Shown here: piece by piece, positions 61,058 through 64,000 of the stretch
Layout of the letters: every line of letters begins with the position of its first letter
How positions within the stretch are numbered: the first letter of the stretch is position 1
Assembly: GCA_963748625.1 (NCBI GenBank)
Contig: CAVVJT010000007.1
Location: 64,001 to 128,000 of the forward strand
From: an uncultured Chloroflexia bacterium
GTDB taxonomy: Bacteria > Chloroflexota > Limnocylindria > Limnocylindrales > CSP1-4
Reading direction: 5' to 3'
Length of the DNA: 64,000 nt
The notes under the pieces: generated by a model
Database searches by the model: none
What the model was told of the DNA's origin: nothing
Seen by the model: only the letters and a program-made list of their open reading frames with translations
Position numbers and translations under genes: made by a program

Positions 61058-61090
61058 GCCGCGCGAGCGCGGGGGCCGGTCGCAGGCCCC

Positions 61091-62344
61091 TCAACCGATG
61101 GCGGTGCGACTCCAGGTCACCGAGAACCGGGCTCCGCCGACAGGCGCGCGCCCGACCGCCCAACGCCCGCCGGTCGCCTTGACGATCGCATCGCCGATGG
61201 CGAGCCCGAGACCGGAACCGGCCGCCTCGGACGATGTGGTCACCGAGCGGTGGAAGCGGTCGAAGACGCGGTCGACCTCGTCCTCAGGAATCCCGGGTCC
61301 GGAGTCGTCCACGACCACCGATGCCCGGCTGCCATCGGTCACCACACTGACGACCACGCTCCCCTCCTCGGGCGCGTACTTGCAGGCGTTGTCCACGAGC
61401 ACGCCGATGAGGCGATCCACGAGATCGGCGGGTGCGACGACGAGCACGGGCTCGGCTGGGATGGCGACGCGCAGGTCAAGGCGGCGGGTCTCCGCGACGG
61501 CGGCGAAGCGCTCGGCGGCCTGCGAGGCGAGGATGCCGAGGTCCACGGGCCCGGTTGCCTGCGGCGTGGATGCCGCGTCGAACCGCGCCAGCCAGAGCAT
61601 GTCCTCCAGCAGCCGGCCCATCCGCTTGCTCTCGCGATCCACGCGGAGGAACGCCGTGCGGTACCACTCGGCCTCGCGGTCGGCCGCAAGCGCGAGCGTC
61701 GTGTTGGCCTCGATCACCGAGAGCGGGGTGCGGAGCTCGTGGGACGCATCGGCGGTGAACGCCAGCTGCCGGCGGCGCGCGGCTTCGATCGGCTCGGCAA
61801 CCCGACGGCCTACGAGGACGGAGCCGACGAACACCGATCCCAGCAGGAACGGGGCGATCAGCAGCGTGCCGAAGAAGATGACCCTCTGGGCATCGCCCAC
61901 TTGATCCGTCGCCTGCGCGACGACCAGCCGGCCGCCGTTGACGTCGGTCCCCGCGATGCGCATCGGGGTGCCGTCGATGACGGCGTCAGCAGGTGCGGTC
62001 GCGGTCTCGAGGCCGTCGGGCAGCGCGGGGTTGCCGGCCGGCGCCACGATCGTCCCGTCGTCACCCACGACCCACAGCAGGAACGGGGTGCCGTAGGGCC
62101 GGCCCGGATCACGATCGGGACGGGGGCCTCCGCTGTCCGAGGGGAACCCGCCGCCGAAGCCATCGGGCGGGACGCGGCCGAGTGCCTGCTCGAGCCGCTG
62201 GTCGATCTGGGACATGAGGTTCTGCGTGGCGAACAGCACGACAGTGCCGGCGATGGCCGCATACACGATGCCCACGACCAGGGTGGCCGACAGGGCGACC
62301 CGGATGGAACGGTTGCGGACGACGGACGTCCCGCTCATGGTCAT
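61091..62344 (-). CDS. sensor histidine kinase
   Basis: 2 TM; FTADASHELRTPL (H box), VDNACKY, DDSGPGIP, FDRFHR, GSGLGLAI. Confidence 0.95.
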   Translation of the reverse strand: MTMSGTSVVRNRSIRVALSATLVVGIVYAAIAGTVVLFATQNLMSQIDQRLEQALGRVPPDGFGGGFPSDSGGPRPDRDPGRPYGTPFLLWVVGDDGTIVAPAGNPALPDGLETATAPADAVIDGTPMRIAGTDVNGGRLVVAQATDQVGDAQRVIFFGTLLIAPFLLGSVFVGSVLVGRRVAEPIEAARRRQLAFTADASHELRTPLSVIEANTTLALAADREAEWYRTAFLRVDRESKRMGRLLEDMLWLARFDAASTPQATGPVDLGILASQAAERFAAVAETRRLDLRVAIPAEPVLVVAPADLVDRLIGVLVDNACKYAPEEGSVVVSVVTDGSRASVVVDDSGPGIPEDEVDRVFDRFHRSVTTSSEAAGSGLGLAIGDAIVKATGGRWAVGRAPVGGARFSVTWSRTAIG

Positions 62345-63009
62345 TCAGGCTCCACGCGGTAGCCGGCGCCGCGGACCGTCACGATGCGCACGCCGGCATC
62401 GGGGAGCTTGGAGCGCAGGCGCGACAGCTGGACATCGATGGCATTCGAGCCGAGGGGCTCGGTCTCGTCGGCCCAGGCGTGCTCGGCGATCGCCTTGCGG
62501 TCCACGACGGCCGGCGCACGGCGCAGCAGCAGCTCAAGGATCCGGTACTCGGTGGCCGTGAGGAGGCGCTCGGACGCGTTGACCGTGACCAGGTGCGTCA
62601 CCGGGTCCAGGGCCAGCTGCCCGCAGCGCAGCACCGGGGCATCCACGCCGCGTGGCCGGCGCTGCAGGGCGCGGACCCGGGCGAGGAGCTCACCGAAGTC
62701 GAAGGGCTTGACGAGGTAGTCGTCCGCACCGGAATCCAGGCCGCGGATGCGATCGGCGGGCGTGTCGCGGGCCGTCAGCATCAGGAGCGCCGTGGGCCGC
62801 TCGTGCCGGCGGGCCCAGTCGACCACGTCGATCCCCTCGGCCCCGGGCATCCGCCAGTCGATGACGGCGACGTCGTACTCGTACCACTTGAGCTGGTCGA
62901 TCGCATCGTCGCCACGCTCGACGGCGTCAACGTGGTAGCCGGCGTCCTGCAGGCCCAGCACGAGGACCTCGCGGAGGCCGGCGTCGTCCTCCGCCACCAG
63001 GATCCGCAT
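62341..63009 (-). CDS. OmpR-family response regulator
   Basis: MRILVAEDD, DWRMPG, GLDSGADDYLVKPF, LTATEYRILE, TVRGAGY. Confidence 0.95.
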   Translation of the reverse strand: MRILVAEDDAGLREVLVLGLQDAGYHVDAVERGDDAIDQLKWYEYDVAVIDWRMPGAEGIDVVDWARRHERPTALLMLTARDTPADRIRGLDSGADDYLVKPFDFGELLARVRALQRRPRGVDAPVLRCGQLALDPVTHLVTVNASERLLTATEYRILELLLRRAPAVVDRKAIAEHAWADETEPLGSNAIDVQLSRLRSKLPDAGVRIVTVRGAGYRVEPE

Positions 63010-63252
63010 GCCGTCAGCCTCCGTTGGCGCCCGCCGGGAGGTCCCGGCGGGGGTGATGGTGCCATGTGGCGGCATCGGATGCGCCCCAGGGCGAGAGGGC
63101 GGGCCCGGGCTGGGGGGAAGCCCGGGCCCGCAGGTGGGTTCGATGAGGGCACTGTCGCAGGGGATTCCTTGCGGACGGGTTACGCTGCGGCCGGCCCGTC
63201 GGCGACCGACCCGTGGGCGCAAGGCATCCGCGTGAGACGCAGGGCCAGCGGG

Positions 63253-63279
63253 TGAAACCAACGCCCTGCGGACGGCGTA
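63253..63279 (+). promoter_or_regulatory. candidate ECF-sigma promoter
   Basis: TGAAAC-N17-CGTA about 44 nt upstream of the lipoprotein start. Confidence 0.4.
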
Positions 63280-63322
63280 TCAGCCGGTGTCCAGCGTCCC
63301 CCATGGGCAGGAGACCACAGCC

Positions 63323-63838
63323 ATGCGCTCACCGCTTCTCATCGGCCCCCTCGTCGGCCTCGCCGTGCTCCTCGCCGCGTGCGGCGGCGGGACCGCTGCC
63401 GCACCGGGCACGAACGCCCCCGCCCCGACCACCGCTCCTGCAACCGAGGCCCCTGCAACCGAGGCCGCCACCCCTCCGGCATCCAGTGCCGCGGCCGAGA
63501 CGGCCGTCAACCTCGTGGACACCTCGCTTGGGAAGGTGCTCGTCGATGGCAAGGGCATGACGCTCTACATGTTCACGGCCGACAGCGCCGGCACCGCGAC
63601 GTGCTACGAGGCGTGCGCCCAGAGCTGGCCGCCGATCCTCGGCACGGCCACGCCGGGCACCGGGCTCGACGCCGAGGACTTCGCCACCACGACCCGCACC
63701 GACGGCACGACGCAGGCGACGTTCTACGGCATGCCCCTGTACCTGTTCGCAGGTGACGCGGCACCGGGCGACGTCAACGGCCAGGGCGTCGGTGGCAAGT
63801 GGTACGTGCTGGGCGCGGACGGCAAGCCGATCAAGTAG
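63323..63838 (+). CDS. secreted lipoprotein with Yx(FWY)xxD repeats (COG4315 / Lipoprotein_15)
   Basis: Lipobox LAAC; LVDGKGMTLYMFTAD, CYEACAQSWPP, GMPLYLFAGD..PGDVNGQG. Confidence 0.92.
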   Translation: MRSPLLIGPLVGLAVLLAACGGGTAAAPGTNAPAPTTAPATEAPATEAATPPASSAAAETAVNLVDTSLGKVLVDGKGMTLYMFTADSAGTATCYEACAQSWPPILGTATPGTGLDAEDFATTTRTDGTTQATFYGMPLYLFAGDAAPGDVNGQGVGGKWYVLGADGKPIK

Positions 63839-63880
63839 TCCAGGAGGGTCGAAGGCGCCCGGGCCGACGGGATGGACGGC

Positions 63881-64000
63881 TCAGACCGCCCGCTCGTTCC
63901 GGGCAGCCCGCTCCGTGGCTGCCGCGATGCGGGCGGCGCGGGTGGCGGGCCGCTTGGCGACCGAGATCCAGCCGACGATCTGCTTGCGCACGCTTGCCGG
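63881..64000 (-). CDS. YdeI/OmpD-associated family protein, C-terminal end (partial)
   Basis: PASVRKQIVGWISVAKRPATRAARI...*. Confidence 0.75.
   Translation of the reverse strand, partial: PASVRKQIVGWISVAKRPATRAARIAAATERAARNERAV

Overview
This is a very GC-rich bacterial chromosome window, probably Chloroflexota. That call is an inference from a small SWIM-type protein of a family I associate with Chloroflexota, monoderm-type lipoproteins and a sortase. Several genes carry single-base frameshifts that look like long-read consensus errors. From left to right it holds: NCS1 and ArsB/NhaD transporters; an SF2 helicase; a 7-gene group-4 hydrogenase/Ehr-type operon (hyfB-C-E-F, large subunit, ferredoxin, small subunit) with a divergent Rv0081-like ArsR regulator; a Cys-rich microprotein; lipoproteins, DegV, DUF2723 and YbaK; a ~36 kb surface-polysaccharide locus (19.0-55.1 kb) with many tailoring enzymes, a wbpDEBAI-like cassette and an embedded DUF4012 / sortase / sorted-protein module; an aldolase; a decayed GH13 gene; a sigma-70 factor; and an OmpR-type two-component system. 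The best novelty candidates are (1) a sortase with Ser in place of the catalytic Cys (TLQTS), next to an LPRTS-tagged Ig-like protein inside the glycan locus, and (2) an Ehr-like complex whose large subunit keeps all four NiFe-ligating cysteines. No rRNA, tRNA, CRISPR array or transposase was seen.
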